Assembly: GCA_027317185.1 (NCBI GenBank)
Contig: DAHVFB010000007.1
Span: 1,064 to 65,063, forward strand
DNA: 64,000 nt
Source of the DNA: Deltaproteobacteria bacterium
GTDB taxonomy: Bacteria > Desulfobacterota > Binatia > Binatales > Binataceae
Direction of reading: 5' to 3'
Position numbers and translations under genes: made by a program. Below the pieces are notes generated by a model. It was not told the DNA's origin, ran no database searches, and worked only from the letters and a program-made list of their open reading frames with translations. Below, piece after piece: positions 30,340-38,972 of the stretch (position 1 is its first letter; each line of letters starts with the position of its first letter).

Positions 30340-31587
30340 CTACGGCAGGTACTGCGGCTGAAATTCGGTCGGGATCAGCACCGATTTGACGGTCACCAGA
30401 TCGTATTTTCTCCGCTCGCCCTGAAAATGCACGAGCCCCGCGATTAGCTGCTGCGGATCGTGCAACGGAATCAGCCGCTCGTCGTTGAATACGTCGCCGC
30501 TCATCGTGAGCTTCACCGCGCGGGTCTCGCCCGGCGCGATCGGTGTATTGGGCTCGACGTCGAGTTTGCCGGTATAGTCGGCCGGTCCCGCCTGCGCGAT
30601 CGCCGCCGCGTCGCCATTGACGAACGTCGTCATCGCCATCGAGTATTCGGTCAGCGTCAGCGGCATATCGCTGATATTCTTGATCTGGGTATTAAGGATC
30701 AGCGTGCTGGTCTTCTCGTCATAGGTTGCGCCGGTGCCGCGCACCGTCGCCAGATTCACGCCAGGCGCAGCCGAGACCGGCTCAAAGCGATCGGTCTGCT
30801 GCGGCAGCCGCACTGGAAATTTTGCCGCCATGTAGACCCAGCCACCGACCATCATCGCGACGGTGATACCCGCCAGCACGCTCATCCAGAAATGATCGCG
30901 CGGTGTGATCAATCCAATATCCGGCGCGTCGTCGTTGATCGGCAGTTGAATCGTCACCGCCAGGCGGGTCACCGTGCGCTTGGGCACCGTCCAGTAGAGC
31001 ATCCAGATGACGCCGATGATGAATCCGGCGAGCGACCACCACCAGACGAACGCACCGCCGTAATGCTCGAGGTTAACTTTCTGCCCATCGAGCAGCGACA
31101 CGTCGAAGCGAAATGGCGTCGCACTGGGCTCGACCGTGACCCATTCGCCCGGGCCGATCAGCGTGCCGGTGCCCTGGATCGCAATCCCGGGATGGACGTG
31201 CCAGCGGCCCGGATTACGTCCGCGCATCACCATATTGAAATTGTAGACGCCGCCCTTTTCCACGAAGATCGATCCCATGTCGGGTTCGCCATTGACCGTG
31301 CGATCGGCCAGCACAAATACCGGGCCGGGCACCACCGGCGTGATATACGCCGTGGCCGGCGGATCGAGCGTGTAGGGCCAGGTCTCGAGGATCTTGAGGC
31401 TCCCGGTGATCGTGACCGGATCGCCAACCTTGATCACGGTCGGCGAGATATGGACATTGAAGAACGCGACCGTCAGGTCCTTGAGAAACGGCTCGTCGGC
31501 CGCTTCGCCATGGGCCCAGGCGCCGCGTGCGCCGCACAGGATAATCAGAACGGCCGCCGTCAGACCGGCCGCAAATCGCAATCGCAT
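30340..31587 (-). CDS. xmoB: Copper membrane monooxygenase subunit B (PmoB/AmoB family)
   Basis: Signal peptide ending AWA then HGE; 'PGPV', 'GRWHVHP', 'GPG.W'; two TM helices and a second cupredoxin domain ('PIAPGET'). ATG 31587 has SD GAGGAG. Confidence 0.93.
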   Translation of the reverse strand: MRLRFAAGLTAAVLIILCGARGAWAHGEAADEPFLKDLTVAFFNVHISPTVIKVGDPVTITGSLKILETWPYTLDPPATAYITPVVPGPVFVLADRTVNGEPDMGSIFVEKGGVYNFNMVMRGRNPGRWHVHPGIAIQGTGTLIGPGEWVTVEPSATPFRFDVSLLDGQKVNLEHYGGAFVWWWSLAGFIIGVIWMLYWTVPKRTVTRLAVTIQLPINDDAPDIGLITPRDHFWMSVLAGITVAMMVGGWVYMAAKFPVRLPQQTDRFEPVSAAPGVNLATVRGTGATYDEKTSTLILNTQIKNISDMPLTLTEYSMAMTTFVNGDAAAIAQAGPADYTGKLDVEPNTPIAPGETRAVKLTMSGDVFNDERLIPLHDPQQLIAGLVHFQGERRKYDLVTVKSVLIPTEFQPQYLP

Positions 31588-31651
31588 CTGCGCACTCCTC
31601 ACCGGGCGGCGGCCCATAACGGGCCGCGCCACTGCGCAATCGGGCGGATTC

Positions 31652-31918
31652 TTATCTACTAATCGCCCGTCGTTTCAGGTTTTGTGACTTCGAGACCGGC
31701 GGCTCGCGCCGCGTCGGCCACAGAATCATGATCCAGTAACAGATGATTCCGAGCCCCACCGACAGGCCTACCGGCGGTCCCAGCTCCCCCGGACCCGCCA
31801 TCCCGCCGTGAGCGCTCGCCGACGGAGCGAATAGGCCGATCCACGAGATCGCGAGCGCCATTCGCCGCGCCCATCGGTAATTATGCGTTCTTCGTGTCAT
31901 CGCCTGCCAGATACTCAA
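31652..31918 (-). CDS. Small signal-peptide + single-TM protein between xmoA and xmoB
   Basis: '...FAPSASA|HGGMAG...' followed by a hydrophobic helix and a basic tail; fills the 350-nt gap. Start uncertain. Confidence 0.6.
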   Translation of the reverse strand: MSIWQAMTRRTHNYRWARRMALAISWIGLFAPSASAHGGMAGPGELGPPVGLSVGLGIICYWIMILWPTRREPPVSKSQNLKRRAISR

Positions 31919-31939
31919 TTGACGCCAGTTACTGAATAC

Positions 31940-32737
31940 TCAGATCGTCTTGATAAAACGCCCGATCGGCCACACCGCGAGATAGCGGCCGATGAATTGT
32001 CCGATCCAATAGCCTATCACCGCCATGGTCCCGCCAAATACCAGTGAGACGTACTGAGTCTCACCCAAAAAGCTCCGCAATGCGCCACGCTCGATATGCC
32101 GCATGTACTCGGGCGTCTGCGAACGGATATAGCCGATGCCCTGCACGTCCGACACCGTCATCACGTGATGCATGAACACGGCGGGCTGCAGAAACGGAGC
32201 GAGCGGTATGTAATTGAACGCCCAGACCATAAAGGCCCACGTCGCCCCTCCGATCAGCGATGTGAGCACAAAACTTCGCGTCTTCATCAATAGCCAGTCC
32301 AGGATGATCGCAGCCGGCACGGTCGAAATCGGCCAGACGAAATTCAGCGGATAGGTCTCGGCCACGTGCCATTGAAAATAGCGCCCGATCCACGAGGCCA
32401 GGAACAGGCACACGCAGGTATAGGTCGCGCCGGTCGGAAAGCGCCACGCCACCCATTGAATCCATTGCAGCGCCGACGGAATGATAATCGTTGCGAAGGC
32501 CGTGATCACCGGCCACCACTGCGCGTCTTTCCAATCGGTCCAGAAATCCCAGTCGCCGGCGAACAGCAGCTTGGTGATATCCGCCGCCCCCGCCACGATA
32601 AATATCGCCGTGACCCAGAAGACCACGTCCCAGGTCCGATCGATATACTTGTATTTCGCGTTCAGCAGGTCGCGCAGTTCGAGCCGCCGCTGGCGTTCAG
32701 CCGCGGACATCGTTAGCGCAGAAGGTGTCGACGCCAT
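31940..32737 (-). CDS. xmoA: Copper membrane monooxygenase subunit A (PmoA/AmoA family)
   Basis: GDWDFWTDWKD, P.GAT, YP.NFV.P, D.QG..Y.R..TPEY.R.IERG.LR.F. Confidence 0.95.
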   Translation of the reverse strand: MASTPSALTMSAAERQRRLELRDLLNAKYKYIDRTWDVVFWVTAIFIVAGAADITKLLFAGDWDFWTDWKDAQWWPVITAFATIIIPSALQWIQWVAWRFPTGATYTCVCLFLASWIGRYFQWHVAETYPLNFVWPISTVPAAIILDWLLMKTRSFVLTSLIGGATWAFMVWAFNYIPLAPFLQPAVFMHHVMTVSDVQGIGYIRSQTPEYMRHIERGALRSFLGETQYVSLVFGGTMAVIGYWIGQFIGRYLAVWPIGRFIKTI

Positions 32738-32793
32738 CTATTCTCCCCCAAGCTCCCCAAGCTATTGCGCGCCGGTCCCTCCCGGCGCATTAC

Positions 32794-33600
32794 TCAACCA
32801 GCGGCCGCACTATGGATTGGCGCTTCCTCGCTGGCCTGCGCCGACTTCTCGATCTGATAGAGCCGCAGGATACTCTCGCCCCAGACCGCGAACATGCCGC
32901 TCGCCAGCCATCCGTAGGCCACAAACGGCCAATGGAACGGCACCGAGAAAAATTCTTCCGATAGCCACAGGCTGTGGCCCCATTCGTTGAACGCGACCTG
33001 CATGAACTCGAGCACCGCCGCCGAGATCAGCAGGAAAAACGACCACGGAAAGCCCTTGTCGGGACTGTACAGCGCGGGTATCCGGTAGCGTCCGTAGATA
33101 TACGCGCCCAGCGCGAGCACCACCGAGAGCGGAAAGAAAAAGTAGAACATCGGGATATGCGTCGGCGTCAGCGCCGTATCGCGCACCATCGTCTGATGCC
33201 ACGCGCCGTCCCAGTTCGGCCAGAAACTCGCCTCGATGTAGAGCGACAGGCTGGTCGCGCCGATAATCCCCCACAGCACCGCGATCCGCCGCACCTCTTC
33301 GCGCGGCGCCGCCTGCGGATTTTCGAGCGCACGGCCGGTCCGGATCAGCCATCCGTACCACAGCCCGCAGAAGATCCCGTTGGTCAACAGTTCCGCCCAG
33401 AACAGCGCCCGGTAATGCGTCGTGAAGGCATGCGTCGCCGAATTCAGGCCAATCGTGAAGGCGTATTTGTAGTCGAAGAGCCAGAGAAACAGGTTCGCCG
33501 CCAGCAGCGCCGCACAGCCGACAAACAGCGTCTTCCAGCCTCCGAGCCAATCCGTCGGGCCGCGGCCGCCCGCTTCATCCAGTCCCCGTGTCGAGTCCAT
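32794..33600 (-). CDS. xmoC: Copper membrane monooxygenase subunit C (PmoC/AmoC family)
   Basis: DGAWHQT.VRDT..TP.H (Asp/His/His site) and NEWGH..W..EE.F..P.HW. Confidence 0.95.
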   Translation of the reverse strand: MDSTRGLDEAGGRGPTDWLGGWKTLFVGCAALLAANLFLWLFDYKYAFTIGLNSATHAFTTHYRALFWAELLTNGIFCGLWYGWLIRTGRALENPQAAPREEVRRIAVLWGIIGATSLSLYIEASFWPNWDGAWHQTMVRDTALTPTHIPMFYFFFPLSVVLALGAYIYGRYRIPALYSPDKGFPWSFFLLISAAVLEFMQVAFNEWGHSLWLSEEFFSVPFHWPFVAYGWLASGMFAVWGESILRLYQIEKSAQASEEAPIHSAAAG

Positions 33601-33623
33601 CCAGATCTTCCCCTGTGACCAGA

Positions 33624-33672
33624 GATTGACTTATCAATCAAGGGCTTACACCGCATTGACGCGCGGCGTCAA
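33624..33672. promoter_or_regulatory. Two palindromes upstream of xmoC, candidate operators
   Basis: GATTGA-ctta-TCAATC (33624-33639) and TTGACGC-gcg-GCGTCAA (33656-33672). Confidence 0.4.
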
Positions 33673-33723
33673 CCATTGCGATTGCCCTCGTCCGGCGCGA
33701 TCGTCCCAATCGGCGCTGCGCGT

Positions 33724-34227
33724 TCAGGCCGGCGGACGCGGGCGGCTCGCGATCTCTTTCGATTCCGCCACCTTGAGCTTGCGCGCGGCCGCCGCCCGCC
33801 GCCGCGCGTAGACCGCCGGGTCGGCCAATGGCGAATGGTCATGCCCATGCGGATGCGGTTGATTCTTGGCCGCGGGCACGCCGAGTTGCGCTGAGCGCTC
33901 GGCGCGCGCCGCCACCGTATCGTCGTATTCCGCACCGCGGCCATGCTTATAGGCCGCAAAACGCGACGCCGACTTGTCGTCCATCCAGCACAGCCGCGCG
34001 CCCGGCGGCACCTTGAGGCTGGTCACTTCCGGCCGCGACGGATCGCTCCGTCCCACAGCCGGTGGCGGACTTCCACCGCCCATCATGAAGCTCACCGCCG
34101 AGATTATCCGCCGCGCCGGCCGCGCGCATCGCGGACATGGCCGCGCGCGCATCCGCGCCGCACTAAGCGGCACCAGCACCTCGAAAGTTACTCCGCAGGG
34201 CTCACAGCGGCATTCATACAACGGCAT
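33724..34227 (-). CDS. FmdB-family zinc-ribbon protein with His-rich C-terminal extension
   Basis: MPLYECRCEPCG..FE......CPRC......IIS; tail HPHGHDH. Confidence 0.8.
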   Translation of the reverse strand: MPLYECRCEPCGVTFEVLVPLSAARMRARPCPRCARPARRIISAVSFMMGGGSPPPAVGRSDPSRPEVTSLKVPPGARLCWMDDKSASRFAAYKHGRGAEYDDTVAARAERSAQLGVPAAKNQPHPHGHDHSPLADPAVYARRRAAAARKLKVAESKEIASRPRPPA

Positions 34228-34310
34228 CGCAATCTCTTTACGCGCTCGCGGCGCGGCGCAGGCCATTCGATCGACGCGCGCCGCGCCGCCCCATCGAATC
34301 GATTCGAACC

Positions 34311-35087
34311 CTATTCAACCAGATGCGGATGTTCCTTCCAGTCGTCGGGGTCGTGCGTGATCCAGACCGTTGCGCCATGCATATCGCGAATCGCCTTCAC
34401 CCGCCGGATCGATTTCACCGACTGAATCGGGTCGGTGTCGATCCCCATCGTCGCCTCCTGAGTAATCGCGGCGCGCAGATGCACGGTGTCGCCGGTCAGC
34501 AGGAACTTGCGATTGGACAGGTTGACCAGTAGCGAGCATTCGCCGGGCGTATGGCCGGGGGTGTAGAGAAATTTGAGCGCGCCGTCGCCGAACAGGTCGA
34601 GGTCCTGGTCAAACTCAAGCCAGTTGTACGCGCGGGTCGGCAGAAAATCGTTCAGGATAAACGCCCAGCGCCGATCCGGGTCCGGCCAGTAGGCGTATTG
34701 CAGTTCGTTGGCGCCGACGATAAACGTGGCCTTCGGGAAATACGTCAGGCCGCCCGAATGATCCAGATGCGAATGTGACAGGATGACGTATTTCACGTCG
34801 GACGCCTTATAGCCGACGCCCGCGATCTGCTTGTCGAGCGTGTCCGACTTGCTCCATTTGATCGGCAGCGCCTGCGCCACTTCGCCCCAGTAGCCCGCCG
34901 CGTCGTCGATAATCTTGGGGTTACATCCGCTGTCGAACAGCACCAGCCCCTTGGGATGTTCGATCAGGAACGAGGGGCACGGCAACTGCAACAGGCTCGC
35001 GTCGCCGCCATGCATCAGGAGCGACGCCGGCGCGGTCAGTTCCGCGCCCGGCAGGGCCCACATCTTCTTCGCTTTGCCGTCAGCCAT
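34311..35087 (-). CDS. Metallo-beta-lactamase fold hydrolase (AHL-lactonase family)
   Basis: HSHLDH, DLFGDG, PGHTPG, TGD, HDP. Confidence 0.9.
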   Translation of the reverse strand: MADGKAKKMWALPGAELTAPASLLMHGGDASLLQLPCPSFLIEHPKGLVLFDSGCNPKIIDDAAGYWGEVAQALPIKWSKSDTLDKQIAGVGYKASDVKYVILSHSHLDHSGGLTYFPKATFIVGANELQYAYWPDPDRRWAFILNDFLPTRAYNWLEFDQDLDLFGDGALKFLYTPGHTPGECSLLVNLSNRKFLLTGDTVHLRAAITQEATMGIDTDPIQSVKSIRRVKAIRDMHGATVWITHDPDDWKEHPHLVE

Positions 35088-35193
35088 TGGTCCACTCCAA
35101 TCGATATTTCGTTAAGTACAATTGCCGCAATTGCCACGCACGGCGCATCGTCCGCCAGATTGCCGCCAAGCTAGATCGGGCCGTCCGACACTG

Positions 35194-36747
35194 TCAAGCA
35201 AAGGCCGCCGCGACGATCCCGCGCGCCTCGAGATACGCCGCGATCGTCGCCGCCCGCGCCTGCGCATCGGCCAGCGCCACGTAACCGTCCGGCCGCACCA
35301 GGTAGAGCGCGTTTTGCCGCAGTCCGGCCCGGCCCATCGCCGCGCGCCATCGAAATTGATGCAACGGCAGCTTGCGCTCGTCGCACACCGCGCGGATCTC
35401 GGGCGCCGCCTCACCATAGACATGGACTTGCCACGCGATCGCCGCCAGCGGCGTGAAGTTATCGCCCGCGACGCCCTCGCGCTCCGCCTCCACCCACGGC
35501 AAGCGGTCGCCGCCGTATACGGCTCCCGCATTCCCCTCACTCAGGAGGCTGGTGCGATAGCTCACGGCGGTCTGCGAGATCGTGCGAAACATGAAGCGGC
35601 GCACCGCCGCTACCCTGAATAGCCACGGAATCACCCGCGGCACGATCTGAAGCCGCACGCGCCGCGCGATCGCGCCACGGTTGGTAACCGCGCTGAACGC
35701 CCGATCGGTGGTCGCGACCAGCCGCCGCGCAAAGGCGCTTCGCTCCGGCTCGTAGCTGTCCAGGATCGCCGCGCCCGCCCGTCCCTGGATCACCGCCGCG
35801 AGTTTCCACGACAGGTTCACCGCGTCGCCGATCCCGGTGTTCATCCCCTGTCCGCCCACCGGACTATGGATATGCGCGGCGTCACCCAGGATGAATGCGC
35901 GCCCCTTGCGGAAATAATCCGCCACCCGATGATGCACGCGGTAGGTCGAAAACCAGTTCACCCGCTCGACCTCGATCTTCATCTCCGCGATCACGCGATT
36001 GCTCACGTCCGCCCATCCGAGCCCCTCGCGCCGATCCTCGGCCGATTCCTGCAGCGTGCCGATCAGCCGCGCATGCCCGTCGGCCTTGAGCGGAAAAGCC
36101 GCGAGAAAATCGCTCGCGTCGAGCCCGACATGCAGCTCGCCGTTGATCGCGGGTCCACGCGCCGCCACGTCGGCGACGTAGTAAAGATGTGCATACGAGC
36201 CGCCCGGAAAGCCGATCCTGAGTCCCTCGCGGACCGTCGAATGGGCCCCGTCGCATCCCGCGAGGTACGCCGCCGTGCAAGTCTCGAGCGCGCCATGAGG
36301 CCCCTTGAGCCGCGCCACCACGCCGGCCGCCATCTCCTCGAATTCCATCAGCTCCGTGCACCGCTCGACCGTGACGCCGGCCGCGCCGAGGCGCTCGACC
36401 AACAGCCGCTCGTGCTCGTCCTGGGGAAAGATAATCGGATACGAAAACGGGCTCATGCCCGCGCCCAGTTCGCCGATAATCGCCCGCGCCGTATGCGCGC
36501 CGGCGACCCAGAAGTTGACCGCCGCGACCTTCCGTCCGCGCGCGACCACCTCGTCGGCAATTCCGATCTGATTGTAAAACTCGAGCGTGCGCGCCTGCAC
36601 CACGAGCGCCCGCGAGGTCGTCCCCGGCTCGGCCGTCTTATCGACGATCCTCACGCGCACGCCAATCCGCGTGAGCCACATCGCCATCACCAGCCCGGTC
36701 GGCCCCGCGCCGACGATCAATACGTCCACGGCGTCCGTCCCGCTCAT
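35194..36747 (-). CDS. FAD-dependent monooxygenase (PheA/TfdB-like)
   Basis: GAGPTG, GCDGAHS.VR, GDAAHIHSPVGGQGMNTGI.DA.NL.WKL. Confidence 0.92.
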   Translation of the reverse strand: MSGTDAVDVLIVGAGPTGLVMAMWLTRIGVRVRIVDKTAEPGTTSRALVVQARTLEFYNQIGIADEVVARGRKVAAVNFWVAGAHTARAIIGELGAGMSPFSYPIIFPQDEHERLLVERLGAAGVTVERCTELMEFEEMAAGVVARLKGPHGALETCTAAYLAGCDGAHSTVREGLRIGFPGGSYAHLYYVADVAARGPAINGELHVGLDASDFLAAFPLKADGHARLIGTLQESAEDRREGLGWADVSNRVIAEMKIEVERVNWFSTYRVHHRVADYFRKGRAFILGDAAHIHSPVGGQGMNTGIGDAVNLSWKLAAVIQGRAGAAILDSYEPERSAFARRLVATTDRAFSAVTNRGAIARRVRLQIVPRVIPWLFRVAAVRRFMFRTISQTAVSYRTSLLSEGNAGAVYGGDRLPWVEAEREGVAGDNFTPLAAIAWQVHVYGEAAPEIRAVCDERKLPLHQFRWRAAMGRAGLRQNALYLVRPDGYVALADAQARAATIAAYLEARGIVAAAFA

Positions 36748-36818
36748 CGTCAATCCATTCCTTGGGCGAGACTATGCGCGGGCCGCGGCACATCGCGATC
36801 GCCCGCGGCGCGCGCCGC

Positions 36819-37703
36819 TCACCCGGTATGCGCCAGGACGAACTGGCCCATCTTGTCGATCGCCTGCTGTCCCTCCGGCAGGATCTTCGCGAACACGTGC
36901 CATACGTGCATCATGTCCTGCCACACTTCCAGCTCGACCTTGACCCCGGCGGCCTTGGCCCGTTCCGCGACCCGCGTGGAATCGTCGAGCAGGATCTCCG
37001 CCTCGCCCACCTGGATCAGCATCGGCGGCATCCCGCGATAGTCGCCATGCAGCGGCGAGGCCAGCGGATTGCGCGGGTCCTGGTCACCGACGTAAACCTT
37101 GGCCATCGGCTTGAGGCTCGCCTGATCGACCATCGGATCGCGCGCCGCCTTGGTCGTCACCGAATCACCCGTCGCCTCCATGTCGGTCCACGGCGAGATC
37201 GTCGCCGTCGCGGCCGGCAGCGCGACGCCCTGATCGCGCAGCGCCAGGATCGTCGCGAGGGTCAATCCTCCGCCCGCCGAATCGCCAGAGATCACGATCT
37301 TGCCCGGCTTGTAGCCCTGCGCGAGCAGCCACTTGTAGACCGCTGTGGCGTCGTCGACCGCCGCCGGAAACGGATCCTCGGGCGCCAGCCGGTAATCAAT
37401 CGCGAGCGCCTTGGCCTGCGCCGCGCGTGCGATCCGCGCGACCATCGCGCGATGCGTATTGACCGAACCCATCACGTAGCCGCCGCCATGCAGATACAGG
37501 ATCACCCGATCGTCGGCGGCGCCCGGCGGCACGATCCATTCGCCCTTGACGCCCGCTGCCGCGACCGGCGTGCAGGTCACGTCCTTGGCCACGCGCTCGG
37601 CGAACTTCTCCATTCCGCCGCGCATCTGGCCGAAGCTGGCGTTGGGGTTGCGTGGTTGCGCCTTGAGGATTTCCAGAACCTTGCCAAGTTGTTCACTCGC
37701 CAT
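36819..37703 (-). CDS. Alpha/beta hydrolase (HSL family esterase)
   Basis: HGGGY, YRLAPE.PFPAA, GDSAGG, HVW. Confidence 0.92.
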   Translation of the reverse strand: MASEQLGKVLEILKAQPRNPNASFGQMRGGMEKFAERVAKDVTCTPVAAAGVKGEWIVPPGAADDRVILYLHGGGYVMGSVNTHRAMVARIARAAQAKALAIDYRLAPEDPFPAAVDDATAVYKWLLAQGYKPGKIVISGDSAGGGLTLATILALRDQGVALPAATATISPWTDMEATGDSVTTKAARDPMVDQASLKPMAKVYVGDQDPRNPLASPLHGDYRGMPPMLIQVGEAEILLDDSTRVAERAKAAGVKVELEVWQDMMHVWHVFAKILPEGQQAIDKMGQFVLAHTG

Positions 37704-37839
37704 TCGCGCGCTCCTCCGAAACTGTTTCGCGGATGCTAAGGGTTCAGCCGCTGCGCCCCGTCAGGTCGCGCGCGGCCACGAGTTACTTGCGCTAGCACAG
37801 TCCCGCCCGCCCCGTACAGGATAGCCCCCGCCGCGCTTC

Positions 37840-38811
37840 ATGCTATTCACGATCGCGACCGCTCGCCGCGGTCACGGAGTTCGTCTATTGAATCACCCCG
37901 CTCGTCTGACGCTCGCCGCGCTCGCCTTCGCCGCCCTCTTCTGCCGCGCAACTCCGGCCTGGGCGTGGGGTAATCAGGGCCACGAGATTGTCGCGATCAT
38001 CGCCGCCGATAACCTTACCCCTGCGGCCCAATCCCACGTCGCCCAAATCCTCGGCACGAGCGACACCCCCGAAGCGATCGCGCGCGCGATGGCCGAGGCG
38101 TCGACCCGACCCGATACCGAATTTCGCGACGAAGATCGCGCGACGGCGCCCTGGCACTTCATCGATATCTGCCTGCGGGACGGGCCCGCCGACATCGCCG
38201 CGCGATGCCGCGGCGGAGCCTGCGTCACCGCCAAAATCGACGATTACGTAGAGCGCCTGCGCGACGGGCGCTACGACAACTGGGGTCGGTCGGGCGATCT
38301 GGCCTTCGTCATCCATCTGGTCGGCGACGTTCATCAGCCGCTGCACGCCACCAACGACGCCGACGAAGGCGGCAATTGCATCGCCGTGGATCGCCCCGCC
38401 CGCGCGCGTAATCTGCACGCCCTGTGGGACAATACCCTCGTCTACCGGCTTGAGGGCGATCTTGAGGCGCGCGGCGCCGCGGCCACCGCCCACGACCTCG
38501 AACGAACTTACGCCGCCGAGCGGGCCACCGACGTATGGCGCGCGAACAGCGCCGACGACATCGCCTGGGAATCGCATCAGATTGCCCGCACGGAGATCTA
38601 TGGCGCGCTGCACCTGCCGATCAAGCCGTGCCCCTCGGCGGTCCACGGATGCTCGAATGCCCCGGGGGTGACGCTCGACCTCGACGATTCCTACCTCGAT
38701 CACGCCAGCGTCATCGCGGGCCATCAGCTTGCGAAAGCGGGCTTTCGCCTGGCCAGCCTCTTAAACGGTATTTGGAGCGGTCCGGCCCGCGCCACCGATC
38801 TCACGCGATGA
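37840..38811 (+). CDS. S1/P1 nuclease
   Basis: AWA|WG.QGH, WHFID, H.VGD.HQPLH, NLH.LWD, AG.RLA..LN. Confidence 0.92.
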   Translation: MLFTIATARRGHGVRLLNHPARLTLAALAFAALFCRATPAWAWGNQGHEIVAIIAADNLTPAAQSHVAQILGTSDTPEAIARAMAEASTRPDTEFRDEDRATAPWHFIDICLRDGPADIAARCRGGACVTAKIDDYVERLRDGRYDNWGRSGDLAFVIHLVGDVHQPLHATNDADEGGNCIAVDRPARARNLHALWDNTLVYRLEGDLEARGAAATAHDLERTYAAERATDVWRANSADDIAWESHQIARTEIYGALHLPIKPCPSAVHGCSNAPGVTLDLDDSYLDHASVIAGHQLAKAGFRLASLLNGIWSGPARATDLTR

Positions 38812-38972
38812 CGCGCGGCAGGAATCAGTAGAATGCGTCGGTTGACGAGCGGGGGGAAGAGGCCAATCCAGGAGACCGCCGCGAGGGCGAGCATCAATCC
38901 ATCCGCACAGCCGAGCGCCGGGCCGCGTTCAGCTCCGCCAGGCCTCGGACGTTAACCGGTCGCAGCCGCCGA

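Noticed and set aside
30340..33600. Calling the enzyme a methane or ammonia monooxygenase
   Set aside because: The sequence is divergent and no methanol dehydrogenase or hao gene is in the window; substrate cannot be assigned by eye.
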